Shown here: positions 31,301 to 40,530 of the stretch, one piece after another
Layout: each line of letters opens with the position of its first letter
Numbering within the stretch: position 1 is the stretch's first letter
DNA from: Chamaesiphon sp.
GTDB lineage: Bacteria > Cyanobacteriota > Cyanobacteriia > Cyanobacteriales > Chamaesiphonaceae
Assembly: GCA_965246715.1 (NCBI GenBank)
Contig: CBDFFH010000043.1
Coordinates: 96,001 to 160,000, forward strand
Direction of reading: 5' to 3'
DNA length: 64,000 nt
The notes under the pieces: model-generated
Databases searched by the model: none
Seen by the model: only the letters and a program-made list of their open reading frames with translations
Told to the model about the DNA's origin: nothing
Position numbers and translations under genes: made by a program

Positions 31301-33317
31301 CGTTACAATGCGGATCGTCCGCGATCGCCACACCTACTGGTAGCGCATCGAGGATCGTTTGCAATTCCTCCGCTTGAAAAGCCAGATCGCGGTTGAGTTG
31401 GTGATTTTTCAGCTCGGCGATTTTGCGATCGCTAATATCGAACATCACTCCAACAGACCGCATAGCTGCTCCTGCCTGGTTCTCGAGAAATTGTCCGGTT
31501 GCTGCTACCCACACGACTCGTCCGCTATCAGCGCGAACGAGCCGATATTCGCTGCAAAAGAGCGATCTCTCGCGTTGGGCAATTTCCCACGCCTGTGTCA
31601 CCGCTGCGAGATCGTCAGGATGAACGAGACTTAACCACATCTCGACAGTGGCTGCGCCATCAGTAACTGGATCGTAGCCCAAAATCTGGAATTGTTTGGC
31701 AGACCAGATGGTTTTACCTGTAGACAAATCTGCATCCCAGGTTGCCATATCTGCGGCAGCAAGTGCCAAATTCAGCCGTTCTTCGCTCTCGCTCAGGTTC
31801 TCGATCGACCGTTTACGGTCGATCGTAATACTAGCAATCTTAGTGCCAAATTCCCCTACTCGATCTTCCCGATCGGTTGGCAATCGTGCCTCACTAAAGC
31901 ACAACATCAGCGAACCGAGGGGTAAATTATCGCTCCCGATGATGGGGAAGGAATAACAAGCCCGAATGCCATGCGCGAGACATAAGTCCCGCCAGCTTTG
32001 CGACCACCGATCGTCATTAGCAATATCAGCACAAGTGACAGGCTCGCCGGAATACACAGCCGTACCGCAAGTGCCGTCTGCTAGCTCCCTAATCGGCGCA
32101 TCTTTAAATCCTTGGCTCAAAGACGGTGGGAAATCTGGCGTAATCGATCGGGGAAACTTCGATCGGCGATCGTCGCTCAGTAGCACACAGGCGCGCATGT
32201 TGGGGCTGAGTTTGGCTAATGAGCTACACAGCGAACTCAGACACTCACTTAGTGGCTGACCCGTGGACACAGCTTCTAGCAGTCGCGTCTGCTCGACTAG
32301 CATCAGTTCGTGCTGTTGACGATCTAGCTCAGTCGCAATCCGACTGGCAAAGATCGTTAGTAACGATTCAGCTAGCTGCAACTGCTCTAGCGGTTTACCA
32401 TCCATGACACCTAGTATCCCCAACACACTGCCATCAGCCGCATAGAAGGGAATCGCGATATAGCTATCGACAGCAAGGGGCTTGAGTAGTGGCGCATTCG
32501 GAAATCGAGCCTGAACGTTGCGTGGGTGGCAGCAAATTTTACGCTGCTCGATCGCTTCCCAGCAGGGCGTATCTGCCAGCCGATACTCTAGATTCTCGAC
32601 AATTTTACCCCGATCGCAAGTGGCGATCGTCCGCAGCATTTTCGGCTCATGACCTTCCACCAAGCCAATATAAACGTAATCAGTGCCCAAAACCTTGGCA
32701 AAGTGCCGTACCAGCTCATCAAAAAATGCCCCACCCGTCACCCTCGACACACCTTGGGTAATCTCGACTAGTGCGGCATCAACTCTGGCAATCTGCTGCG
32801 CCGCCAAGCGCAGTTCTAGTTCATCGACTACCATTGCCGCCAAATCTACCAAGGTTGCCTCTTGCTCGGCGGTGAGGGGGTCGTGAGGTACACTGTCGAG
32901 CAGACACAGCGTGCCTAGATTAAAGCCATCGCGATCGATCAAGGGCGCACCCGCATAAAACCGCATCCCTGGCTCGCACTGTACGAAGGGATTGCAGACA
33001 AAGCGATCGTCGAGTCGAGTATCGGGGACGATTAGCGGCTCATCAGATAACACGGCAAAGCTGCAAATCGTCGCGTCGCGAGGCACTTCAGGAGCACCAA
33101 AGCCAATGCTGGACTTGAACCAAGCTCTCGACTTATCTACCAGCGAAATCAGCACGGTGGGAATCTTAAATAGTCGCGCTGCCAGCGTGGTAATCCGATC
33201 GAATGATACTTCAGCAGGTGTATCGAGGACTTGATAGCGATGTAGTGCCGCTAACCGTCCTGATTCGTTGGCAGGTAACATCGGGTTGACAGGCTGTTGA
33301 GGTAGTAAGTCAGTCAT
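28359..33317 (-). CDS. Multi-sensor histidine kinase (3 GAF, multiple PAS/PAC, HisKA, HATPase)
   Basis: GAF motifs RFYAGAPL, TPCWEAI and GTCGTAV; repeated VHPDD PAS/PAC motifs; SHDLKAPLRAI; GIGLAIVKKIV. Start placed at MTDLL (the ORF track extends to 33368). Confidence 0.92.
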   Translation of the reverse strand: MTDLLPQQPVNPMLPANESGRLAALHRYQVLDTPAEVSFDRITTLAARLFKIPTVLISLVDKSRAWFKSSIGFGAPEVPRDATICSFAVLSDEPLIVPDTRLDDRFVCNPFVQCEPGMRFYAGAPLIDRDGFNLGTLCLLDSVPHDPLTAEQEATLVDLAAMVVDELELRLAAQQIARVDAALVEITQGVSRVTGGAFFDELVRHFAKVLGTDYVYIGLVEGHEPKMLRTIATCDRGKIVENLEYRLADTPCWEAIEQRKICCHPRNVQARFPNAPLLKPLAVDSYIAIPFYAADGSVLGILGVMDGKPLEQLQLAESLLTIFASRIATELDRQQHELMLVEQTRLLEAVSTGQPLSECLSSLCSSLAKLSPNMRACVLLSDDRRSKFPRSITPDFPPSLSQGFKDAPIRELADGTCGTAVYSGEPVTCADIANDDRWSQSWRDLCLAHGIRACYSFPIIGSDNLPLGSLMLCFSEARLPTDREDRVGEFGTKIASITIDRKRSIENLSESEERLNLALAAADMATWDADLSTGKTIWSAKQFQILGYDPVTDGAATVEMWLSLVHPDDLAAVTQAWEIAQRERSLFCSEYRLVRADSGRVVWVAATGQFLENQAGAAMRSVGVMFDISDRKIAELKNHQLNRDLAFQAEELQTILDALPVGVAIADDPHCNVIRTNQFGQNMLKVSPDTNVSATGAEAETLPFRQYHNGRELLGDQLPMQLATAQGQAVRDVEIQMVRADGAAFDWLVTAVPLFDEHHAVRGCVATFTDVTELKRLQSQLRLREAELTEAQRIGKIGNWYLDTQTDVTTGSDELARIYGFDPRDTLPNFAAQAGWLYSHESWQQLNAEVQRSLDTGIGYELDLPAFRNDGMPIWITTRSEVVRDPAGTIVGLRGTVQDITERKQTEQEILLYRERLEFVLNNTGIGLWLNSLPLGALNWDDRTRELFFVPPDAEATIDLFWSRVHPDDREPTRLAVEAALREGTLYEIDHRAVHPNTGEIRWIRSAGKATYAPDGAPISFDGINYDITERQVATANLAQSNARFESAMLAVRGMVYEWNLQTKTIYRSKGLFELLGYRPEDVPPTNDWWMDRVHPDDLERTQSEFLAAPVGIARFESEYRVRHAAGHWVYVSDRSYFQYDSHGQMINIVGFTTDITERKRTEEELHQSQLLVQRQLMEIEAIYQTAPIGLTILDRDLRYVRLNQRLAEINGIDIDDHIGRTLREIVPSVADEDEPILNSIFTTGEPLLNIEISGETLAQPGVQRTWIQNCYPLRDETGQIAGINVVVQEITDRKRAEAELRESEERFRTLADNITQFAWMTDENGWIFWYNRRWFEYTGTTLEQMQGWGWQSVHHPEHIDRVVKLFRHHLEIGEEWEDIFPLRGRDGAYRWFLSRAVPIRDESGQIRRWFGTNTDITDLQQAEAELAERNKELDSFVHTVSHDLKAPLRAISNLSVWIEEDLDGQLPPDSQQQFQLLRTRVKRMESMIDSLLLYARAGRQEAQLETFDLAELLSEIIDSLAPPEGFTIDIQQPLPTLTTKRVFLSQVFANLISNAINHHTSVTGHLHISAIEHPDCHEFIIKDDGPGIAPEHHEKVFAIFQTLKVQDNSDSTGIGLAIVKKIVETEQGTIRLESSLGRGTTFYVTWPKNHQ

Positions 33318-33404
33318 GATATATTTCCCTGCCAATGGGGAACGGTGAACAGCGATTAATGCTGGCAACTTGGAGGTACGGTACTCGATCGAGCTACGTA
33401 CTAA

Positions 33405-33520
33405 AACGCCTACGATTGAAATCGTGGCTAGTGATGCAAAGTCCGCCTACGCGGACTAGTTTATTAGTCCGCGTAGGCGGACTTTGCACTCCGAGCAGCG
33501 GTTTCTAACCGCTGAGGTTG
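33405..33520. repeat. Palindromic repeat cassette shared with MITE C and the 8796 MITE
   Basis: aacgcctacgattg...tgcaaagtccgcctacgcggacta-gtttat-tagtccgcgtaggcggactttgca (33435-33488)...gcggtttctaaccgc. Confidence 0.7.
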
Positions 33521-33722
33521 TGCGTGAGCACCGAGCGTAGGAGCCAAAACTCTAATCTTTACCTCCTACTACCTAGCTACCACATTGAGAGTATTCATGC
33601 AGCAAGTTTATTGATGTCTGCTTGGTGCGATAAGTCTCTTGCCGATCGCTACAGCAAAACCCAACAGGTGGTGCTGGGTTGCTAGCGTCACAGGACTGAG
33701 GACGAGTTGTCGCGGCTAGCGA

Positions 33723-33812
33723 CTAGAAACCGTTACGACCCCAGACGACCATCGAAATCGACCAAGTGAAGAGTACTAATAGTGAAACCCAACCTAGAGT
33801 AAGGATATCCAT
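33723..33812 (-). CDS. petN: Cytochrome b6f subunit 8
   Basis: 29 aa, [29 protein letters not shown]. Confidence 0.95.
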   Translation of the reverse strand: MDILTLGWVSLLVLFTWSISMVVWGRNGF

Positions 33813-33894
33813 AACTGTATTTAGAAGTATATTATTATGCCCTAACTTATAATAATCCTTTGCCGACCTAGTTCGCAAACAACCCGATCGGCGA

Positions 33895-34911
33895 TTACCA
33901 GCCGAGGACACTGCCCAATGCTCTCGCCATATTCTGCGGTTTCAACGCTTCAAGAGCGGCGGTAGGCTCGAAACCACAATGTACCATGCAATCCTGACAC
34001 TTGGGATTGCCGCTAGCGTGACCGTACTCATCCCAGTCAGTTTTATCCAGCAGCTCTTGGAAGCTCTCATAATAGCCTTCATTTAGCAGATAGCAGGGCT
34101 TTTGCCAACCGAGCACACTGTAGCTTGGACTCCCCCACGGCGTGCAGTCATAATCTTTCGCCCCAGTCAGGAAATCGAGGAACAGGGGATTGTGGTTGAA
34201 GTTCCAGCGTTTTTTGCCAGAATTGAATGGAGCCAGAATTTCCCTAAATAGTGCTTTAGTGCGATCGCGTTGCAGAAAGTGGTCTTGGTCGGGTGCCCAG
34301 GCATAGCTATAACCTGGTGAAATCATCATCCCATCTAAATTGAGGGTATCGGTGAAATCAAAAAATTCCTGAATGGCTAGAGGGTCGGTGCCTTCAAAAA
34401 TCGTCGTATTCGTGGTGACGCGAAACCCCTTGGCTTTAGCCGCTTTAATCGCTTTAATCGCAATATCGAAGATCCCTTGGCGGTCTACCGCGCGATCGTG
34501 GATCTCGCGGGGGCCATCGAGGTGGACGCTAAAAGACAGATAGGGCGACGGCGCAAATTTGTGGAGACTTTTCTCAAGCAAAATTGCATTGGTACAGAGA
34601 TAGATAAATTTCCGGCGCTCGATGAGTCCGCGCACGATCTCATCGATTTGGGGATGCAATAAGGGTTCGCCCCCAGGAATCGACACGACTGGCGCGCCAC
34701 ATTCCTCCACCGCCTGAAAACATTGTGCGGGAGTCAGATTTTGCCGCAGGATTTCAGTTGGGTGTTGAATTTTGCCGCAGCCGACACAGGCCAAATTGCA
34801 TCGGAATAGCGGTTCGAGCATCAAGACGAGCGGAAACCGCTTGCGTCCGAGCAGACGTTGTTTGACCAGATAGGCTCCGACTTCCGCTGCCTGTTGAATT
34901 TGCACTGACAT
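33895..34911 (-). CDS. hpnH: Adenosylhopane synthase, radical SAM
   Basis: [24 protein letters not shown] (CxxxCxxC), [11 protein letters not shown]. Confidence 0.93.
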   Translation of the reverse strand: MSVQIQQAAEVGAYLVKQRLLGRKRFPLVLMLEPLFRCNLACVGCGKIQHPTEILRQNLTPAQCFQAVEECGAPVVSIPGGEPLLHPQIDEIVRGLIERRKFIYLCTNAILLEKSLHKFAPSPYLSFSVHLDGPREIHDRAVDRQGIFDIAIKAIKAAKAKGFRVTTNTTIFEGTDPLAIQEFFDFTDTLNLDGMMISPGYSYAWAPDQDHFLQRDRTKALFREILAPFNSGKKRWNFNHNPLFLDFLTGAKDYDCTPWGSPSYSVLGWQKPCYLLNEGYYESFQELLDKTDWDEYGHASGNPKCQDCMVHCGFEPTAALEALKPQNMARALGSVLGW

Positions 34912-34921
34912 AATTAGCTCC

Positions 34922-35911
34922 TTAGAATTGACGCACGTAACCTTGTGCTAAAAACCAATCCACTGCATCGCGCAGGGCAACATCTAACGGTGTCTGCGGC
35001 AGACCTAGTTCGCGAACTGCCTTCGATCCATCATAATACATATATTGGCCGGCCATCCTCACCCCATCGATGGGGATCGTGGGACTCTTGCCGAGGGTCG
35101 CCAGCAGATTTTCATCGATCCAAGCTGCCGTATAGGGGAGCCAATTGGGCAGGGCGTGCTGTGGCGCTGCTAGTCCCGTAATCGCTGCTAAGCGATCGAG
35201 TAATGCTTTGAGCGATAGATTTTGATGGCCGAGGATGTACCGTTCGCCGCTCTTGCCCCGTTCCAGAGCGAGTAGGTGTCCCTGCGCCACGTCCCGCACA
35301 TCGATAAAATTTAGACCAGTGGGGAGATAAAACGGCATCTGTCGCCGCAGAAAGCGCAGAATAATATCTCCGGTGGGGGTGGGTTTGACATCACCTGGAC
35401 CGATCGGGCTAGACGGACTGACGATCACGACATGTTGCCCTGCCTGTGCTGCTTTCACCGCTTCCTGTTCGGCTAGCAATTTAGACTTTTTATAAGCCCC
35501 CACCAGGTTTTCGATCTGGCTCTGATAGGTTTCATCGGCAGATCGTTCGCCACCGCGTACCCCGATCGCGGCTACCGAGCTGGTATAGACTGTTCGTTCC
35601 ACTCCAGCACTGCGGGCGCAAGCAAGGACATTGGCCGTACCCGCGACATTACTCTGATAGAGCAGTTCCCGATCGCGCTGCCAGAGGCTATAGTGAGCCG
35701 CCACATGAAAAACCGCTTGACAACCGCGCATTAACCGATCGAGCTGAGGGTCATTGAGATCGCCAGATACGATTTCTACAGGCAGATCTTTGAGCAACGC
35801 GATCGAACTGCTAGATCGTACCAATACGCGCACCCGATCGCCCCGTGCGACCAACAGCCGCACTAGATTACCCCCCACAAAGCCCGCTCCGCCAGTCACA
35901 AATACTTGCAT
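34922..35911 (-). CDS. hpnA: Hopanoid-associated NAD-dependent epimerase/dehydratase
   Basis: [25 protein letters not shown]; hopanoid gene context. Confidence 0.88.
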   Translation of the reverse strand: MQVFVTGGAGFVGGNLVRLLVARGDRVRVLVRSSSSIALLKDLPVEIVSGDLNDPQLDRLMRGCQAVFHVAAHYSLWQRDRELLYQSNVAGTANVLACARSAGVERTVYTSSVAAIGVRGGERSADETYQSQIENLVGAYKKSKLLAEQEAVKAAQAGQHVVIVSPSSPIGPGDVKPTPTGDIILRFLRRQMPFYLPTGLNFIDVRDVAQGHLLALERGKSGERYILGHQNLSLKALLDRLAAITGLAAPQHALPNWLPYTAAWIDENLLATLGKSPTIPIDGVRMAGQYMYYDGSKAVRELGLPQTPLDVALRDAVDWFLAQGYVRQF

Positions 35912-38454
35912 CAGCGCCGTCCCCCGAATTTCAACCGGATCTCATCCAGCAGCGTGTAGGCAACCGGGATGACTAATAAGCTCAACAACGTCGAAGATAA
36001 CAACCCCCCGATAATGACGATCGCCATCGGTGCCCGTAATTCAGCGCCTGCACCCAAACCCAACGCGATCGGTAACATCCCGAGGACAGTCGCAGCGGTG
36101 GTCATCAGAATCGGTCGCAACCGCACCGATCCGGCGCGGAGAATGGCTTCATGCCGATCGATCCCCTGCTCTCGCAGTTGATTGATATAATCCACCAGTA
36201 AAATCGCATTTTTGTTGACCAATCCCAACAAGAAGATGATGCCAATCACCGAAATCATCCCAAAGTCGCTGCGAGTGACAAACTGGGCTAACATTGCCCC
36301 CACGATCGATAACGGTAACGAGAGGACGATCGCCAGTGGATCGACCCAGGAGCGAAATAGCAGCAATAGCACCACGACGACACACAGCACTGAGAGGGCG
36401 ATCGTGATACCAAATCCGCCAAAAGTGTCGGCGGCACGTTCGGAGTCGCCGCCGAGGTTGAATTTGACCGTCGCGGGTAAGGTAGTCTTCGCCTCAGCCA
36501 CAACGCGATCGGTTGCAGCACCCAATGTCAATCCTTTGCCCAGATTGGCGCTGATATAAGCGACCCGCTTACCGTTGAGGTGTTCGATCTCCATCCCCCC
36601 TTGCCCGCCAGTGCTGGTGACATCCACCAATCCAGGTAGCTTTTGTACCCGACTTTTGAGCGCGGTAGTAGACTGTTCCAGAACCTTGAGGTCTTCGGAG
36701 AGTAGGGCAAACTGGAGCGGTTTTTCGCCGCCAGTATCGACAAAGGGGATATCCTCGACGCTGGTAGTCACATTCGGGAGGTCGCTGGCGCGATCGGTCA
36801 GTCGATCGCGGAGTTGATTTTGTTGCGCTAAGGTAGTGAGCTGGCGATCGTGGCGCATTCTGACATACAGCGTCCCCCGATTAGATTCGCCTTGACGAGA
36901 TCCCACCGTAGTAAACACCGTTTCCACGTCTGGAGCGCGCCGCACGATCGTCTCCAACTTCTTGGCGACATCCAGCGACTGTGCCAGCGTAGCTGTGGGG
37001 GCTGCTTGATAAACCAGATTGAATTCCCCGCGATCGAGGTGAGGAATAAACCCCTTGGAAATAAAGGGAATCAGTCCCACCCCGCCGACAAAACTCAATA
37101 GCGCCAGCCCCAAGACCGCGATCCGGTGAGCCAATGCCCACGCGAGCCATTGCCGATAGCTGGCCCTAAATCGACTCCAGATTCCCGATCCCTGCGGCGT
37201 GGGGTTGGGTTTGAGCCAGTAGACGGCTAGTAGGGGCGAGAGCGTCCGCGCGACCAACAACGACGTAATCACCGCTGCTGAGATCGTCAACCCAAATGGC
37301 CGAAAGAATTGACCGAGCACCCCGCCCATCAGACCGACAGGCAAGAATACTGCCACGATCGTCATCGTCGTTGCCGTCACCGTGAGTCCGATTTCATTAG
37401 TGGCCTGAATCGCGGCTTGGCGAGGTGCTTCCCCTTCCTCCAAATGACGGGCGATATTTTCTACATCGACGATCGCATCATCGACGATGATGCCAATTAC
37501 TAAGGCTAATGCCAGCAGCGTAATCGTCTCGAGATTAAAACCATAAATCGCCATTACGATAAACGTCCCCAACAACGAGGTCGGGATTGCCAGCGCGGAA
37601 ATCAGGGTGGCCTGCCAATTTGTTAAAAACAGATAAATCACCACCGTAGAGAGCACCACAGCCAACGCCAATGCTTCGATCGTCGCCGCAGTCGCCTCCC
37701 GAATATAAGTAGCTTGGGTAGCTGCGAGTTCGATCCGCACATTGGTAAATTGGGTGCGCAACTTAGCAACTTCCCGATCGACCTGACTGACTACTTCGAG
37801 CGTGTTCGCCGTACCGCGCTTGACTACCTGCAACGCTAATACATCTCGATCGTTCAACCGCACTGCCGTGGGCGGGGTGGTCGCCCCCAGCAGAGTCACT
37901 TTTAACACGCCAGGCAGCTTGGTAATAGCGGGGACGATCTGAGTATTGGCGACCTGGGCGAGATCGGCTAAATTTTGCGGAGAACCTGACAGGGCGTAGC
38001 TCACCACCGCAGATTCATTGAGATTGAGCGCGATCGTTTGCACATTTGGCGTGAGGTTGAGTGCTGTGACGGTGCGTTTGACTAAATCGCTGGCTGCTTC
38101 GAGATTTGTGCCAACATCGAAAGCGAGACTCACGGTCGTCTGACCAGGATAAGTAGAGGATCGGACTTTCGCGACTCCTGGCAGCGTCTGCAGCTTGGCT
38201 TCAAGCGCGCGGGTCAGTTTCTGTTCTGTTTCAAGGGCGGTGGGTAAGCGGGTCTGAGCATTTACCACCACCACCGGAAAGGTAATATCCGGCAAAAGAT
38301 TGTATTTAAGAGTGCTAAACCCGATCGCGCCAGCGATACACACTGCCAGCCAAAAACCCAGTGTCAACCAGGGATACTGGATCGCCACTCGGGAGATGTT
38401 GAACCGTTCTCGCCAAGAAACTTTTGGTACATGCCTAATCATTAACACCAGCAC
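35911..38454 (-). CDS. AcrB-like RND permease (shortened)
   Basis: GIIVDDAIVDVENI, GLVNKNAILLVD, RLRPILMTT. 847 aa; start uncertain (38442 or 38454). Confidence 0.88.
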   Translation of the reverse strand: MLVLMIRHVPKVSWRERFNISRVAIQYPWLTLGFWLAVCIAGAIGFSTLKYNLLPDITFPVVVVNAQTRLPTALETEQKLTRALEAKLQTLPGVAKVRSSTYPGQTTVSLAFDVGTNLEAASDLVKRTVTALNLTPNVQTIALNLNESAVVSYALSGSPQNLADLAQVANTQIVPAITKLPGVLKVTLLGATTPPTAVRLNDRDVLALQVVKRGTANTLEVVSQVDREVAKLRTQFTNVRIELAATQATYIREATAATIEALALAVVLSTVVIYLFLTNWQATLISALAIPTSLLGTFIVMAIYGFNLETITLLALALVIGIIVDDAIVDVENIARHLEEGEAPRQAAIQATNEIGLTVTATTMTIVAVFLPVGLMGGVLGQFFRPFGLTISAAVITSLLVARTLSPLLAVYWLKPNPTPQGSGIWSRFRASYRQWLAWALAHRIAVLGLALLSFVGGVGLIPFISKGFIPHLDRGEFNLVYQAAPTATLAQSLDVAKKLETIVRRAPDVETVFTTVGSRQGESNRGTLYVRMRHDRQLTTLAQQNQLRDRLTDRASDLPNVTTSVEDIPFVDTGGEKPLQFALLSEDLKVLEQSTTALKSRVQKLPGLVDVTSTGGQGGMEIEHLNGKRVAYISANLGKGLTLGAATDRVVAEAKTTLPATVKFNLGGDSERAADTFGGFGITIALSVLCVVVVLLLLFRSWVDPLAIVLSLPLSIVGAMLAQFVTRSDFGMISVIGIIFLLGLVNKNAILLVDYINQLREQGIDRHEAILRAGSVRLRPILMTTAATVLGMLPIALGLGAGAELRAPMAIVIIGGLLSSTLLSLLVIPVAYTLLDEIRLKFGGRR

Positions 38455-38646
38455 TCATCAATTTGATACACATAATTTCATCTTAAACCGCCGCTGAGTT
38501 GTTGCGCGATCTCGATCGACGACTCCTCGGCTCGGGATGCTTGAGTTGGCGACCATCCGCTCCTAACAACAGATACACATAGACGTTAGCTGAATCATGA
38601 ATTAAAGCCTAAGAGGATGTTTGAAAATACGGAGAGTATAAAATAA

Positions 38647-38984
38647 TCAAGCAAGTCTGCGTAACATAAATCGAATCATCGCAATGTGAATAAAAGTCTC
38701 TGAGGAAGCGGGTAAACGCTCATAATCAAGATTGAGACGACGACACGGCACTCAATGGGGCGAAATAATTCGCCCCATTGAGTGCCTCACCAGTGCAACC
38801 AGCAGTAAGTCCGTTCAACAGTCCAGCGTTTAGGGAGAAGAACAAAACCTTTGCTGCCATTAGGTCGAAGGACAAACATCATATTCACTGTGCGCGGTCT
38901 ACCTGCCTGTGCTTCAGGGGGTAATCATGACGATAACAGCTCATACTGTTCGATCGTCAGTTCTGTGGTGTAGGCTGGAGTCAT
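38647..38984 (-). pseudogene. IS5-family transposase remnant (N- and C-termini only)
   Basis: MTPAYTTELTIEQYEL.. is joined to ..[48 protein letters not shown]; in-frame stop and a 44-bp insertion. Confidence 0.82.
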
Positions 38985-39079
38985 AGCTTCCTCGATCGCT
39001 GGTTAGACGTAAGAATTTTGGCGTTGCTGAATTAATGTATGAAACGCACAAACAATTTTTGTAGATACTGTCTTGAGAG

Positions 39080-40072
39080 TCAAGAGAGAAGAGAAAGAAA
39101 ATTCGGGTCAAAAGGTTGTTGAGATTTCAGCACACCAAAGACCTGGCGCAGAAGTTTGTGCATAGCAGCACCAATCATCGCCATTTTCGACTTACCTTTA
39201 GCCAACAGACGGTCGCAAAAAACCTGAATCAAGGGATGATCGCGACGAGCAACAATCGCAGGCAGATAGAGAGCCTTTCTCAAACGAGCGTTACCGATCT
39301 TAGACAAACGGGGTTTGCCATGAACAGAGGAACCAGAAGAAAACTCATGCGGGGTCAAACCCGCAAAAGCAGCAAGCTGGTCGGCACTGTCAAAGGTAGC
39401 CACATCGCGAATTTCGGCTAGTATTACCGTTGCAGTAGCGGCGGCAATACCTGGCATCGAAATCAGTAAATCTCGTTGAGCTTTAAGAGTAGGGGATCGA
39501 TCGAAATGGTCGCGAATCAGTTGTTGAGTCGCAGCAACTTGTTGCTTGAGGAAGTCAATATGTGCGGCGATCGCCTCGACTAAAATTGGGTCAACCGTTT
39601 CGAGTCGATTCTGCTCTTGTTGCTGCATGGCAGTCAAACTATCCCAGCGATGAACCAAAGCTTGAAGTTGTTCGACTTCGATCGCTGGAGGAGTCCAGGG
39701 TGCTGGGCGTAATGCCGCGCCAAATCTGGCAATCACTTTTGCATCCGCACGATCGGTTTTCGTCCGACTTAATTCACTTCGTCCAAATGCTTTTGGACGG
39801 GATGGATTAACGATACTTACGATGTATCCTGCTGCAACTAGAAATCTGGCTAGGGCATTTCCGTAAATGCTAGTTGCTTCCATGCAGCCATGTAGTTTGG
39901 TTACTCCTTGGCTGTTTAGCCACTCCTGTAATTGCTCAAACCCTTCTGGGGTATTCGCAAATACCTTGCTTTTGATTTTGTCTTTGCCGTTGTTTTTGAG
40001 TAAGGCTACGTCAAATTTGGCTTTGCTGATGTCGATACCGAGTATGTCTAACTCTTCGTTTGAATTACTCAT
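39080..40072 (-). CDS. IS110-family transposase/recombinase (DEDD RuvC plus Tnp domain)
   Basis: GIDISK (D), MEATS (E), KTDRADA (DD), SSGSS (catalytic Ser), SKIGNARLRKALY. Intact, 330 aa. Confidence 0.95.
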   Translation of the reverse strand: MSNSNEELDILGIDISKAKFDVALLKNNGKDKIKSKVFANTPEGFEQLQEWLNSQGVTKLHGCMEATSIYGNALARFLVAAGYIVSIVNPSRPKAFGRSELSRTKTDRADAKVIARFGAALRPAPWTPPAIEVEQLQALVHRWDSLTAMQQQEQNRLETVDPILVEAIAAHIDFLKQQVAATQQLIRDHFDRSPTLKAQRDLLISMPGIAAATATVILAEIRDVATFDSADQLAAFAGLTPHEFSSGSSVHGKPRLSKIGNARLRKALYLPAIVARRDHPLIQVFCDRLLAKGKSKMAMIGAAMHKLLRQVFGVLKSQQPFDPNFLSLLS

Positions 40073-40094
40073 GGCCAGTTCCTATCTGCTAATG

Positions 40095-40530
40095 GACTGC
40101 TTCAACAGCAATTAGTGGCGATAAACTATCCTTGTAAATGCAGGTTTACCCGTTTGGGGCGACCTCTGATACTGTCCAGCTTTGACTGGTTCCACTGTTT
40201 AGGTTAACGTGAGTTCGGGTTAAGGAGAACCGATCTGCTTCGCGCAACCACCGCCCTGAACTAGAAGTTCGGGCTAACAGCAAAAGTTCGTTGAAACGAA
40301 CTAACTGATTTGGCAGTTCTCTTCAGAGAACTTTTGCTGTTAGCCCCAAATTCATTTGAGGGCGGTTCAGCAACGAAGCTAGGAGTGATTAAGTGGATAT
40401 ACTTATCCCGAACTGACGTTAGGTTAAGGTAATTCGATCTACTTAACGGGCTTGGTGTCCCTAGGGGCAATCCGAATTTCCCTTTCCCTTTTGCTGTTGA
40501 TGCTCGGTCTTACGATTTTACTCTTTGACC
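40095..40530 (-). ncRNA. Predicted bridge RNA (target- and donor-binding loops), interrupted by a MITE; ends approximate
   Basis: Minus strand: target loop ATTGCCCCT (40471-40463)..GTAG (40442-40439); donor loop ACAGTATCA (40175-40167)..TTTACAAG (40138-40131); enclosing stem 40491-40503/40099-40111. Confidence 0.8.
40207..40419. mobile_element. MITE family A inserted in the IS110 non-coding end
   Basis: TIRs acgtgagttcgggttaag / cttatcccgaactgacgt; 7-bp TSD taggtta (40200-06, 40420-26). Confidence 0.9.

Noticed and set aside
40261..40470. 69-aa ORF upstream of the IS110 transposase
   Set aside because: It spans the MITE and the predicted RNA loop; a chance ORF.
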